Origin: Gemmatimonadota bacterium
GTDB taxonomy: Bacteria; JBHIER01; G020348925
Length of the DNA: 64,000 bases
Direction: 5' to 3'
NCBI GenBank assembly: GCA_020348925.1
Contig: CP070758.1
Span: forward strand, 3,673,688-3,737,687
In this document: positions 9,711 to 19,425 of the stretch, one piece after another
Layout of the letters: every line of letters begins with the position of its first letter
How positions within the stretch are numbered: the stretch's first letter is position 1
Translations under genes and position numbers: made by a program
Notes under the pieces: generated by a model
Databases searched by the model: none
Told to the model about the DNA's origin: nothing
The model's input: only the letters and a program-made list of their open reading frames with translations

Positions 9711-12074
9711 TCATTTCATCAATACCATCCGCTTCGTTGCTGTGAATTCATCCGTTGAGAGTCGATAAAAATAGACCCCACTGGGTGCACTCTTGCCAAA
9801 CGCATCCCTCCCGTCCCAGGACACTTCATAAGAACCAGGGTTCCGAATATCATCGACCAGTGTTCTCACACCTTGCCCCAATACATTGTAAATCTTCAAA
9901 GTGACATGGAGGGGGGATTGATCACTGAAGACTGAATACTGAATACTCGTCGAAGGGTTGAAGGGATTGGGATAATTCTGACTGAGCCTGTACTCGATCG
10001 GCATCTGCACTTCCTTGACCAGAGCCATAAACCTGACAAAGTCTTCAACAGGCAGATAAGGCTTCAACGAATTCAGAAACGCAATCACTTCCGGGGTAAT
10101 CCCGGGTCGAGCGGCGTCCGGTTCGCACTGGCCACTCCCCAGAATCACATTCACAATACCGAGAGCATCCAAGACGTTCACGATTCCGTCTCCACTGCAA
10201 TCCGCCGCCCACAATTCATCCTCAGTCGGCGGATCTCCCACTCCCAGGACAATATTCACAACACCCAATACATCCAAAATATCGACAGCACAATCGGAGC
10301 TGACGTCCCCTCTCGTAAATTCTCCGAAGGAGACTGTCCCTCCTTCATGAAACACCAGAAGATCCCCGGTCTGAGCATTCACGAAGTCAACTTCACGAAA
10401 GAAAAGCTGCGTACTTCCACCAACAGGTGCCTCTTCACTGAGAGCGAATTGTACCTCGGCTACGGGTCCGATCCCACATTCAATCGTGTTCCCGGAAATA
10501 CGAAGGGTCAATAAACCAGGATTCGGAATATCCCAACCGAATTCACCGAAATTGATCGTCCTTGCTGTTGCCTCAATCCCGATGGGAGTCAAAAGGTCCT
10601 CATCATATCCCAATTCAAAGTAAGCACTATCCACAGAAACTTCAATCTTCGTTTGATTATCAACATTGATGAAAACAGTAGCCATGCCCCCCGGGGCAGT
10701 ACAGATGTGCGAAGCAGTCACGATAGCCGTCTCGTTGTATAAGCTAAAGATGACGTGGGCGATATTGGTGTTATCGATGTACGGACCACGTTGAATATCA
10801 CTATGTGCCGCATACGCCTCGAAGCGCTCGCTGCCGAAACCTTGGGCAAACAGTGGAATCAGGGAATTTGTGTGGTATCCTGAGTAATATCTGTAGCCCG
10901 GCATAACGCCGGCACCGTTATCCACGATTGGATTGAAGGTTGCCGGCGTACCCGAATCAGGCCCCAAGAGGTACCCGGTCTCATGGTCGCCAGTAACTAT
11001 CACCAAAGCCTCCTCCCAATTACTGTTCGCCTCCACCCATTCGAGTACTGCCTCGAAGGCGTTATCAAAATCGATCTGCTCCTCGATCATACGACCGAGC
11101 TGGTTGGCATGGTTGGCCCAGTCGACGGCACCACCCTCGATCATCAGGAAGAAACCGTCGGGATCGTTGTCAAGAACATTCAAAGCAGCTCTCGTCATCT
11201 CTTCCAGGGTTGGAACGGTCGAGATGAAGGGTTCAGTATACGGAGGTTGAGGATTGTTCGGGCCCGGACCGCCCGGTCGTGCCTGCTGCAATGTCAAACG
11301 TGTCTGGGCCGTGCCAAGAACACGGTCCGGTGTATGACCGTGGGCCAGAGCCTGGAACTCCTCCCGCGTCTGAATAAGAGTCCAGGGATCATCGATGCCG
11401 TCACCATCTCCATCACCACCTGCAACACCAGTTATGAGTTCCTCCCAGGTTGTCTGACCTCCGACGTACTCATAATAAAAACTGCTGCTCAGAAGGTTAC
11501 CCTCCTCATCATACATCGGGTGCCCAGCTCACATGATGACGTCAACAGCGCTGTCGTAAACCATTTCCCTGGCAATTTGAGTGTAGTTATTACGGGAGCG
11601 GTTATGGGCAACAAAACAGGCAGGAGTGCCTTGTGACCACTGGACACTCGTAATCACCCCGGTAGCCATGCCCAGGGCTTCTGCTCGTTCGATCACATGC
11701 TCCAACGGCTGCATTCCCGGACCGAAACAAATCGCTCCTTGATACGTCTTCACACCTGTCGACATGGCCGTTGCAGCGGCTGCAGAGTCTGTGTAGCGCG
11801 AAAGGACATAGTTGAAATCGCTCCAAGCCTGATCCGTATCATAGCTTCCCAACCACATAAAGGTGCTCATGGGGTAAGCACTATTCCAGGATTCATACTC
11901 TCTGACGATGCCTGTCCAGTACCGAGTGGCCGTAATCTGGTTGTATCCCCATCCATCCGCAATCATGACGATGACATGCTTGACTCCGGCATGGGCGATG
12001 CCACACAACAGAAGGATGAGGATAAGGTCTAACAAACACAATCCACTTTTAAAGAGTATTCTTCTCATAGGCAC
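9711..12074 (-). pseudogene. Alkaline phosphatase-cohesin-dockerin-T9SS-like CTD gene interrupted by one in-frame TGA (11529-11531)
   Basis: ORFs 11529..12074 and 9711..11516 share a frame and read VDVIM*AGHPMYD; MIADGWG, TDSAAAATA, EGGAVDWANH, TGDHETG, HTNSLIP all present; C-terminal QNYPNPFNP. Confidence 0.8.
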
Positions 12075-12109
12075 AGATCCTTCTCAAGGTCAGAAAGAGA
12101 GATCCAGAG

Positions 12110-14461
12110 CTATTTCAGCAGGAGCATTCTTCTGGTCGCTGTGAAATCACCCACAGTGAGACGGTAAAAATAGATCCCGCTGGGCGCACTGACGCCCAAC
12201 GCATCCTCCACGTCCCAGGTCACAGTATACTGTCCGGGATTTTGAAGCTCATCCACCAGGGTTCGAATCTCCTGTCCCAGGCTATTGTAAATTTTCAAGC
12301 TGACGTGCGGGAGGGACAGCTCACTGACCACCGAATACTGAATAGTGGTTACAGGATTGAAGGGATTCGGGAAATTTTGCGACAGAAGAAACTGATCCGG
12401 AATCTGCAATCCTTTGACCATGGCCATAAAGCGTGCATACTCTTCAGGAGGAAGATACTGCTGCAGCGATTTCAAAAACGCTCTCACCTCCGGTGTGACT
12501 TTGGGTCTGCCTGCCTCCGGTGCACACTGTCCGATCCCCAGAATCACGTTCACAATCCCCAGGGCATCAAGGACGTTGACACCTCCGTCGCCGTTGCAAT
12601 CGGCCCGCTCCAAAGGGGCACCGGCCAGGGGATGGCTGCCTAATATGTGATTCACCACCGCCAGCACATCCAGGACGTCGCTGCCGCCCTCGCAATTGAT
12701 GTCTCCTCTGTCAACCTCGATCTGGTCAGGATTGAAGGTTTCCGGGCAATTGTCCTCGTCACACGTATTAGTCGAATACCCCGGATCGCCGTATCCGTCG
12801 TCATCGGTATCGGTGCACTGATCGCATGCATCGCCAGTACCATCGTAGTCACCATCGGCCTGATCCGGATTGAAGTCATCCTGACAATTATCGCAGACAT
12901 CGCCAATTTCATCGCCATCCCCATCATCCTGCTCAGGGTTGTAGTCATCGGGACAGTTATCGTTCCAATCGGCGATCCCGTCGTCATCCACATCCCCGCG
13001 TTCCAATTCGACTCGGGTACAATTCAGGTATTGGTCATAGGCGAAAAGGGTGATCTGATGGTTCACCGGTTCAACAGGACCAATGGAGAGCGCAATGTCA
13101 TCGAAGTCCTGGATGACGATTTCCATGAGGCGTACTCCGTCGATGGCCACTTCGAGTTTGGCCACTTCTTCGGTCTCGGTCAATCTCAGATACAACATAT
13201 CGCCCTCTATGGCTGCATAATCGATTTGGAATTCCGGTGGGGTGTCATCGTAAAACTTGGAATATGTCCCGTAGGAACAGCTTTCAAAATCCTCCTTGAC
13301 CTCATCGACCATGACGCCTTCGACCCTGATGAGCTCGGCGTGAGCGCAGCCGGCATGGTCGTTGTGGAGATAGGTCAGGTGGGGCACGTTCAAAGGATCA
13401 TGACGCATGATGAGGGCCGCTATGGCATCCACGGCCACGGCATCCCGGCCGGCCAGAACGAGTCTCATGTTCTTCTGGTCATGCTCGATGTTCGGAGACT
13501 GATATCCTGGTCCACAGTTGCACAGCGGGCCGTGCTGCAGTCCCTGGAGGCCGTCCATGATCACATAGTCGATGGGCCTGCACAGGAAGAAGTCGTGGAG
13601 CCATTGCTGCAGGTAGGTATACTGGTGATCGATCCCCCAGTCCCTTTGCGTCGGGTATTGTCCGCCGAAGTTCCCGTAAATGCTGGCCGGTGTGGCACCG
13701 ATGCCCACATTCTTTATGGCCCCGGTAACGCCGCCTATATAATGATTTTTCAACACAGGCAGGCAGATGAGAACGTCCGCTTCGTAGTAGAGTCTGTTGA
13801 GATAGATGGCCCTCGTTCGGTTCGGTTTCCGATTGTCGGGGTAGAGAGCCAGGGAATCGGGCAGCTCCACGGCGGCCAGTTTGTCGGAATCGTATTCCCG
13901 CCATCCGCCACTCGAGTCCTCGATACAGATGAAGTCGTCCGCATCTTGAATTCTCTGCGGCGTATAGCCCAGGGCTTGAAAATTGTCCCGGGTCCAGCCC
14001 ACACCGGAACCTTCCATGACGTAGATTTCTCCGCTGGGATTGCGCTCGCGGACGAGCTCGGCAACCGCTTTGACGAACCGGTAATCTGTGGTTACTCCGT
14101 TGACCTTTTGAGCCAAGTCTCTCCCCTGCTGTGACATGTCGTACGGCGAAATGAGATTCGGCTTGAGAACAACCACATCACCGTCCTGAATGAGCGTTTC
14201 AAATCCACCCGCTTTGTCGACGGCGTCTTCAATCATGGCCCTGATCTCATCGTACCCAATGTCCTGAGCATCATCCTGGGAAGACCGGACGATACCCACC
14301 GTGGATTGCGGGAGAACGACCTGTTTTTCCGGGAGCCGAACCGTCAACGGTATGCGGACCAAAGCATCATCGATGCTGGCGTTGCCCTGAAACAGGAAGG
14401 ATGCCATCATCAACGTCAGGATGATGCCCAAAAAACCCTTTTGCGGCGCAGAGAGTTTCAT
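12110..14461 (-). CDS. Secreted DUF362-domain protein with TSP3 repeats, dockerin and T9SS-like CTD
   Basis: [38 protein letters not shown] repeats; [23 protein letters not shown]. Confidence 0.87.
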   Translation of the reverse strand: MKLSAPQKGFLGIILTLMMASFLFQGNASIDDALVRIPLTVRLPEKQVVLPQSTVGIVRSSQDDAQDIGYDEIRAMIEDAVDKAGGFETLIQDGDVVVLKPNLISPYDMSQQGRDLAQKVNGVTTDYRFVKAVAELVRERNPSGEIYVMEGSGVGWTRDNFQALGYTPQRIQDADDFICIEDSSGGWREYDSDKLAAVELPDSLALYPDNRKPNRTRAIYLNRLYYEADVLICLPVLKNHYIGGVTGAIKNVGIGATPASIYGNFGGQYPTQRDWGIDHQYTYLQQWLHDFFLCRPIDYVIMDGLQGLQHGPLCNCGPGYQSPNIEHDQKNMRLVLAGRDAVAVDAIAALIMRHDPLNVPHLTYLHNDHAGCAHAELIRVEGVMVDEVKEDFESCSYGTYSKFYDDTPPEFQIDYAAIEGDMLYLRLTETEEVAKLEVAIDGVRLMEIVIQDFDDIALSIGPVEPVNHQITLFAYDQYLNCTRVELERGDVDDDGIADWNDNCPDDYNPEQDDGDGDEIGDVCDNCQDDFNPDQADGDYDGTGDACDQCTDTDDDGYGDPGYSTNTCDEDNCPETFNPDQIEVDRGDINCEGGSDVLDVLAVVNHILGSHPLAGAPLERADCNGDGGVNVLDALGIVNVILGIGQCAPEAGRPKVTPEVRAFLKSLQQYLPPEEYARFMAMVKGLQIPDQFLLSQNFPNPFNPVTTIQYSVVSELSLPHVSLKIYNSLGQEIRTLVDELQNPGQYTVTWDVEDALGVSAPSGIYFYRLTVGDFTATRRMLLLK

Positions 14462-14479
14462 GTCTCTCCTCCTTTCTCT

Positions 14480-15367
14480 TTAGTGGTACAACACACCTGC
14501 GATAATCGAATACCCAATCAGACTGAAAATATAGAGAACGATAAAGAGCGGTCGTAACACGGTGGCCAGGGCCATCAGCGGGGTCACGCGGGTTGCCGGG
14601 CCGACGATGAAAAAGGTCAGAGCAGAGCCCTTGCTCATCCCTTTGAGCATCATGGAGCGCACCAGGGGGATTGTTCCTCCACCACAAGGGTAGAGCGGCA
14701 CCCCGAGCAGAGCGGCCATCAGCACCGACGAGGTCTGCCCCGGCTTAAAAAGAGCCGTAAGATATTTGCCGGGCACATACACCTCAACCAGGGACCCCAA
14801 CAGAATTCCGATAACCATGTAAAATCCTATAAATTGCAAACTGTTCCAGACGCTCAGGAGAAATTTTTTCGGCTCCAATCTCTTGGGCGAACCCCCTCTG
14901 CTCTCACTCGGATCCGGATGTTTCGAAAATATGCCAGGATTCAGAATCCACTTCTGCGGAAGCCGCAGGAGGAAGAGACCCAGAAGAATCCCAAGTACGA
15001 GTACCGCACCCGCCCTGATCGCCGCCATCTCCGGGCCGATCCAGAACCAGGTCATGAGAAAAAGCTGGGGATTCATCAATGATGAAACCGCCAAAAACGT
15101 AACCAGAGGCGGCAGAGGAAATCCTGCCTGAAAAAAAGTGATAACCACCGGCACTGTTCCGTAGGTGCATAACGGCGAAATCATGCCCAAAACGGCACAC
15201 ACCACTATCGATACGAGACGGAATTTTGTGCTTCCTTTCGAGATCCATCCTTTCCACGGAACCAGTCTCAAGATTTCTCCCAAAACGAGGCCCGCCAGAA
15301 CGTATGGGAACAGTCCAAAGACAGTCCGCCCGGATATCTGCAAGACGGCTACGATCTGTTCTTCCAT
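14480..15367 (-). CDS. Permease, DUF318/ArsP-like
   Basis: Two hydrophobic halves with PLCTYGTVP and PLYPCGGGTIP motifs. Confidence 0.85.
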   Translation of the reverse strand: MEEQIVAVLQISGRTVFGLFPYVLAGLVLGEILRLVPWKGWISKGSTKFRLVSIVVCAVLGMISPLCTYGTVPVVITFFQAGFPLPPLVTFLAVSSLMNPQLFLMTWFWIGPEMAAIRAGAVLVLGILLGLFLLRLPQKWILNPGIFSKHPDPSESRGGSPKRLEPKKFLLSVWNSLQFIGFYMVIGILLGSLVEVYVPGKYLTALFKPGQTSSVLMAALLGVPLYPCGGGTIPLVRSMMLKGMSKGSALTFFIVGPATRVTPLMALATVLRPLFIVLYIFSLIGYSIIAGVLYH

Positions 15368-15732
15368 AGAGTATACCGTCCTCTGAAGGTTTTTTCAGGA
15401 TCCGCTCGACGTATGTTACAGACGGACTCCCTTGCTTTTTGCTGACATACCTCAGATTTTCTCAATGAATGTCTCTCCTTTGAAAACTTTCCAATGTATT
15501 AATCATCGATGAACACCTTTACAGACAATACGTTTTCAAGTACTCGAGAGGTAAATTTATCCTCATTGCCCAAAAAAGAACGATTGTATCGTAATCCCCC
15601 TAACCCCTTAGACAACAAAAGTCATTCATCGTGACAAACTTTTTACATCAATTCATGCCTTCAAATGACCTGCAACGAGCACCTCTTTCTCCTGACACAG
15701 AGAGCAACTTCACAATGCCGTTTTGTGAATAT

Positions 15733-15750
15733 CCGCAAAACATGTGCCGA
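15733..15750 (-). promoter_or_regulatory. Sigma54 (-24/-12) promoter
   Basis: Minus strand TCGGCACATGTTTTGCGG, GG-N10-GC, pointing at the permease/DUF362/phosphatase genes. Confidence 0.65.
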
Positions 15751-15838
15751 GATTTTTTAAATGTCCTGCTGACAGTCTAAGTCCTTTCTTGTCGGTTTTG
15801 TACGTTTGATGGGATTACCGGAAGAAAAGTTTCTCAGC

Positions 15839-15922
15839 TTTCAGGCGTGCAAAATATTGCACCGAAAATTGATTTCAACCCTCTTCCCCTCGGTATTTTT
15901 TCAGGCGTTCATATATTTGAGA
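15839..15922. promoter_or_regulatory. Candidate enhancer sites for a sigma54 activator
   Basis: TTTCAGGCGT at 15839 and 15899 (60 bp apart); first overlaps palindrome GTGCA-N6-TGCAC (15847-15862). Confidence 0.45.
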
Positions 15923-15961
15923 CTTCCGGCGAGGGCGTTTTTCACATCCGCAGGGTGATTG

Positions 15962-17122
15962 TTACCGCAGCGCCTCTGAGCATCCGGTGTAATCGCGATA
16001 ATAGCTGAAATAATCGAAGAGTTCTTCGGGCAGGAGCGGTTTTCCGTCTAAAATAAGATGGGCCAGGTTTGCGGCCACACCAGGCCCAAGCATGAGGCCC
16101 TGTCCGCACATTCCCACTACCACGTAGAAGCCCTCGACCTCGTCGATCTCATCGATAATAGGTATGCCATCAAGGGTCATGGGGTACAGACCCCGCCAGG
16201 TGCGACGCACTTTGATATTCTGAAGCTTGGGGAACAGACGTATGAGGCGCTGGCCGGCGTCGGGCAAAAAAGAGGAAGTCGCCCGCCGGTCAGTACCCTC
16301 AATAGGGGGATACGGTGTGATGCAAAAAATGAAATGACCTTCGAAGTTTTGATAGAAATAGAAGTTTTTTGAACGAGGAAACTGTCTGATATCCACCACC
16401 ATGGGATCGAGAAAATGTTTGACCGGCTCTGTTACCCCGGCCTCGTGGCAGTCGGGATACACGGGAAGATCAAGGCCAATCATGTCCCCGATCTCTCTGG
16501 CCTGAGCACCGGCTGCATTGATGACCACAGGAGCAGTGTATGTGTCCCTCTCCGTTTTCACTCCGCTCACGGCATCATTGTTTTGAATTATATCTATCAC
16601 TCTCTCCCCGCAACGGAATTCGACTCCCAAGTTTTTCGCCTGTCGATAAAAAGCAGCAGCAGCCTTGATGGGCGAAAGATGGCCGTCCTCCGGTGAATAG
16701 GTTCCCCCCAACAGCCCGTTATGGTTGATGCCCGGTAGCACATCAAGGAGATCCGGACCATCCAGCCAGTCGATATTGAGCCCATAGTGCTTCTGTGTGT
16801 CCAGAAGTGTCTTTAAGTTTGCCGCATCAGTCTCTGTGTAAACCGGGAAGGTATATCCCCCGGGCTCAAAATCGATATCATCTCCGTATTCATCCTTCCA
16901 GGTGGCAAAGATCTCCAAGCTCTTCAGACAGGTCTGAATCTTGGCCGGATCGGAATGGGTAGCACGCACACCGCCGATGGCGCATTTATTCTGGCCCTGC
17001 CCCACTGAAGGATAGATATCCAGTACAAGCACCTTGAGCTTCTCCTTGGCCAGATAGAGAGCAGTGGGAAGTCCAACACTCCCTGCGCCGATGATGATGA
17101 TGTCAAACGTGTTTTTGTTCAT
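15962..17122 (-). CDS. FAD-dependent oxidoreductase, DAO / sarcosine oxidase beta / proline dehydrogenase beta-like
   Basis: IIIGAGSVG, VINAAGA, WRGLYPMTLDGIPII, GMCGQGLMLGP. Confidence 0.9.
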   Translation of the reverse strand: MNKNTFDIIIIGAGSVGLPTALYLAKEKLKVLVLDIYPSVGQGQNKCAIGGVRATHSDPAKIQTCLKSLEIFATWKDEYGDDIDFEPGGYTFPVYTETDAANLKTLLDTQKHYGLNIDWLDGPDLLDVLPGINHNGLLGGTYSPEDGHLSPIKAAAAFYRQAKNLGVEFRCGERVIDIIQNNDAVSGVKTERDTYTAPVVINAAGAQAREIGDMIGLDLPVYPDCHEAGVTEPVKHFLDPMVVDIRQFPRSKNFYFYQNFEGHFIFCITPYPPIEGTDRRATSSFLPDAGQRLIRLFPKLQNIKVRRTWRGLYPMTLDGIPIIDEIDEVEGFYVVVGMCGQGLMLGPGVAANLAHLILDGKPLLPEELFDYFSYYRDYTGCSEALR

Positions 17123-17295
17123 AATATGCGTTTTTAGAATACGTTATTCCAGTTTGATCCCGATACTCTGAGGGTCCAAGGATTCGAGGGTTTCAAGTGG
17201 TCACAAATTCTTGTATCTGAGCTTTCATTCTTAGAACGTTGCAGTTTTTTTGTTTTTCAATTTTCAAATTGTATTTTGCATGTACCTGAAAATAT

Positions 17296-19380
17296 TTATT
17301 CTTCTTTCAGCCCGGCCAACACGTTAAGGGGAACTTCCGCCAGAAGCGGACGCTTCGTATACGGAAAGACCTCTTTCTCATCAATCCCCTCCTGTTTATA
17401 CAAAGAGAGGATTAAAGGCTCGCACGTTTTCCCGCCGCAGGCACCCATACCGCATCGCAGCACTTTCAGTTGATTCATATCCCGCACGCCCTCACGAATG
17501 AGCCGTCGGATCTCCCCTGCGGTGACCCGCTCGCACCGACAGACGACGGTCTCATCGCCGATCTTCGTCTGATACCCTTCGCCTAAAGCCCCATATGGAA
17601 CAACCTCCTTTCTCTTGAATCCTGCAACGGAGGTGGCGATTTCTTTGGGCACCCGCAGAACCACCAGAAGTGTTCGATCGTACGCTCTTCTTTGTATTAC
17701 CTTCTCCACCTTGACCGTAGTGAGTACCCGGCCTTCAATTTCCATGGCGTCTACCTCATCACCCACTTTGATGAGATCCTCGGAGAGCTCGAAGGGTACC
17801 GTAACGAGGCCACTATCTCCCTCCTGCCGCAGATCGACCAGTGTGATGGCCAGTCCGGGACAAAAGGCGACACAGCGGTAACAGCCCGTACATTCGTCCT
17901 TGTGTATCTCAGGGATAGACATGATACCGTCACCTGGGATGACGATCATATCCTTGGGGCAGATTTTTGTGCATGGGTCGCAGGGGATCTCCTGATGGCA
18001 AAAGATGACGGGAAAAAGACCGGAGGGAAAGGACTTCGCTTTCAGGGGAAAGGTCTCTCCCGGCTTGCTCTTCAATATTTCGGCCTTTTGAGACCATTCC
18101 TCGGGAACGGGCTCACCCTTTTCAAGATCCCTGGCGATGTGGCGGCCGGCGATTCGACCGCTGAAAATGGCGGCACTGGCCTCGGCGATCTCCTGGGAGT
18201 CCCCGGCACTGTATACCCTCATGCCCATCCTCTCGGCCTGGAGATAAAGCTCATCAATGGGATCCAAACCGACGGCTATCAGGAGCGTGTCGGCCGCAAA
18301 AGTTCGTTCAGTGCCCTGAATAGGATTGAAGGAAGCGTCAACTCGGGCAATAGTCACTCTCTCTAATCGACCATCACCTCCAGCCCCGAGAACAGTGTGG
18401 GACGTATGGATGGGTACACCGTGGCGCTTCAACTTGTCCGCATGAACCTTATATCCTCCGACTTTGTCCATAACTTCCACGAGACCGACCACATCTATGC
18501 CCGCCTGCAGGGCATGATAACCGGCAATGAGTCCAACGTTTCCGCCGCCAACGATAAAGAGCTTCTCCGAGGAACGCACGAGGTCCCGATTGACCAGGGT
18601 CTGAAATGCCCCGGCTCCGTAAACTCCGGGCAGGTCACAGCCTGGAAAAAGAAGCCCCTTTTCGCGAGCACCTGATGCAATAAGGATGGCTTTAGGAACG
18701 GTCAAAAAATATTCTTCCCCGCGAACAAGCCCGATCTTTCCGTCGCTGAAGACACCCACAGCTTGAGTATTGAGCGAGACACTCGCATGAGGAAACCGCC
18801 CCACCTCCTCAGTCAGTCTGGTCGCAATATCGATACCACGGGTTCCTGCGTATACATCCTCCACAGTGCCGAAAAAGGAGTGGGTTTGGAGTACCAACTT
18901 CCCTCCGAGCCGGTGCTTGTCATCAACAATGAGGACATCCAGACCAGCTTTTCCAAGTTCAATTGCCGCTGCAATCCCAGCCGGACCACCACCGATGATG
19001 AGGACCTCGGTTTCGACCTCACCATGTTGTGCAAACGTGTCAGAAAACGCCCTCACTTCCGGAAGTTCCGGGAGACCATCGCAGGACTGGAGACTCATCT
19101 CCTCCTCGACCCGGATCATGCAGCCTTTCACCGGGACACCATTCGCGATGACGGTGCACTGGGCACATTGTCCGTTGGCGCAGAACATCCCCTGTGGGCT
19201 CGAATCCTTGGGATGATGCCCGAAGATACGGATCCCGTTGGCAAACAGTGCCGATGTGATCACCTCACCCTTGTGAGCATACAATTTTTTCCCGTTGAAG
19301 GTGAAGGATATCCGCTTCGCGGATGTGACTGTAAGTATAGGATGTTTTTCTATTCTGAATATGTCCCGCAGCTCAGACAA
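17296..19380 (-). CDS. Fused 2Fe-2S / FAD-NAD oxidoreductase / 4Fe-4S dicluster / BFD-like protein
   Basis: CANGQCAQC; IIGGGPAG; VGGGNVG; CDPCTKICP and CTGCYRCVAFCP; CRCERV...CGMGACGGKTC. Confidence 0.88.
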   Translation of the reverse strand: MSELRDIFRIEKHPILTVTSAKRISFTFNGKKLYAHKGEVITSALFANGIRIFGHHPKDSSPQGMFCANGQCAQCTVIANGVPVKGCMIRVEEEMSLQSCDGLPELPEVRAFSDTFAQHGEVETEVLIIGGGPAGIAAAIELGKAGLDVLIVDDKHRLGGKLVLQTHSFFGTVEDVYAGTRGIDIATRLTEEVGRFPHASVSLNTQAVGVFSDGKIGLVRGEEYFLTVPKAILIASGAREKGLLFPGCDLPGVYGAGAFQTLVNRDLVRSSEKLFIVGGGNVGLIAGYHALQAGIDVVGLVEVMDKVGGYKVHADKLKRHGVPIHTSHTVLGAGGDGRLERVTIARVDASFNPIQGTERTFAADTLLIAVGLDPIDELYLQAERMGMRVYSAGDSQEIAEASAAIFSGRIAGRHIARDLEKGEPVPEEWSQKAEILKSKPGETFPLKAKSFPSGLFPVIFCHQEIPCDPCTKICPKDMIVIPGDGIMSIPEIHKDECTGCYRCVAFCPGLAITLVDLRQEGDSGLVTVPFELSEDLIKVGDEVDAMEIEGRVLTTVKVEKVIQRRAYDRTLLVVLRVPKEIATSVAGFKRKEVVPYGALGEGYQTKIGDETVVCRCERVTAGEIRRLIREGVRDMNQLKVLRCGMGACGGKTCEPLILSLYKQEGIDEKEVFPYTKRPLLAEVPLNVLAGLKEE

Positions 19381-19425
19381 TGTAAAGTCCCCAATCTATT
19401 TTCTCTTATCCTCATCTATTATCTG

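Noticed and set aside
11529-11531. Genome-wide TGA=Gly recoding
   Set aside because: Several full-length genes end at TGA (for example 3416, 4452, 49152) and no other in-frame TGA was noticed
12647-14134. 495-aa plus-strand ORF
   Set aside because: Antisense to the DUF362 gene, no recognisable motifs
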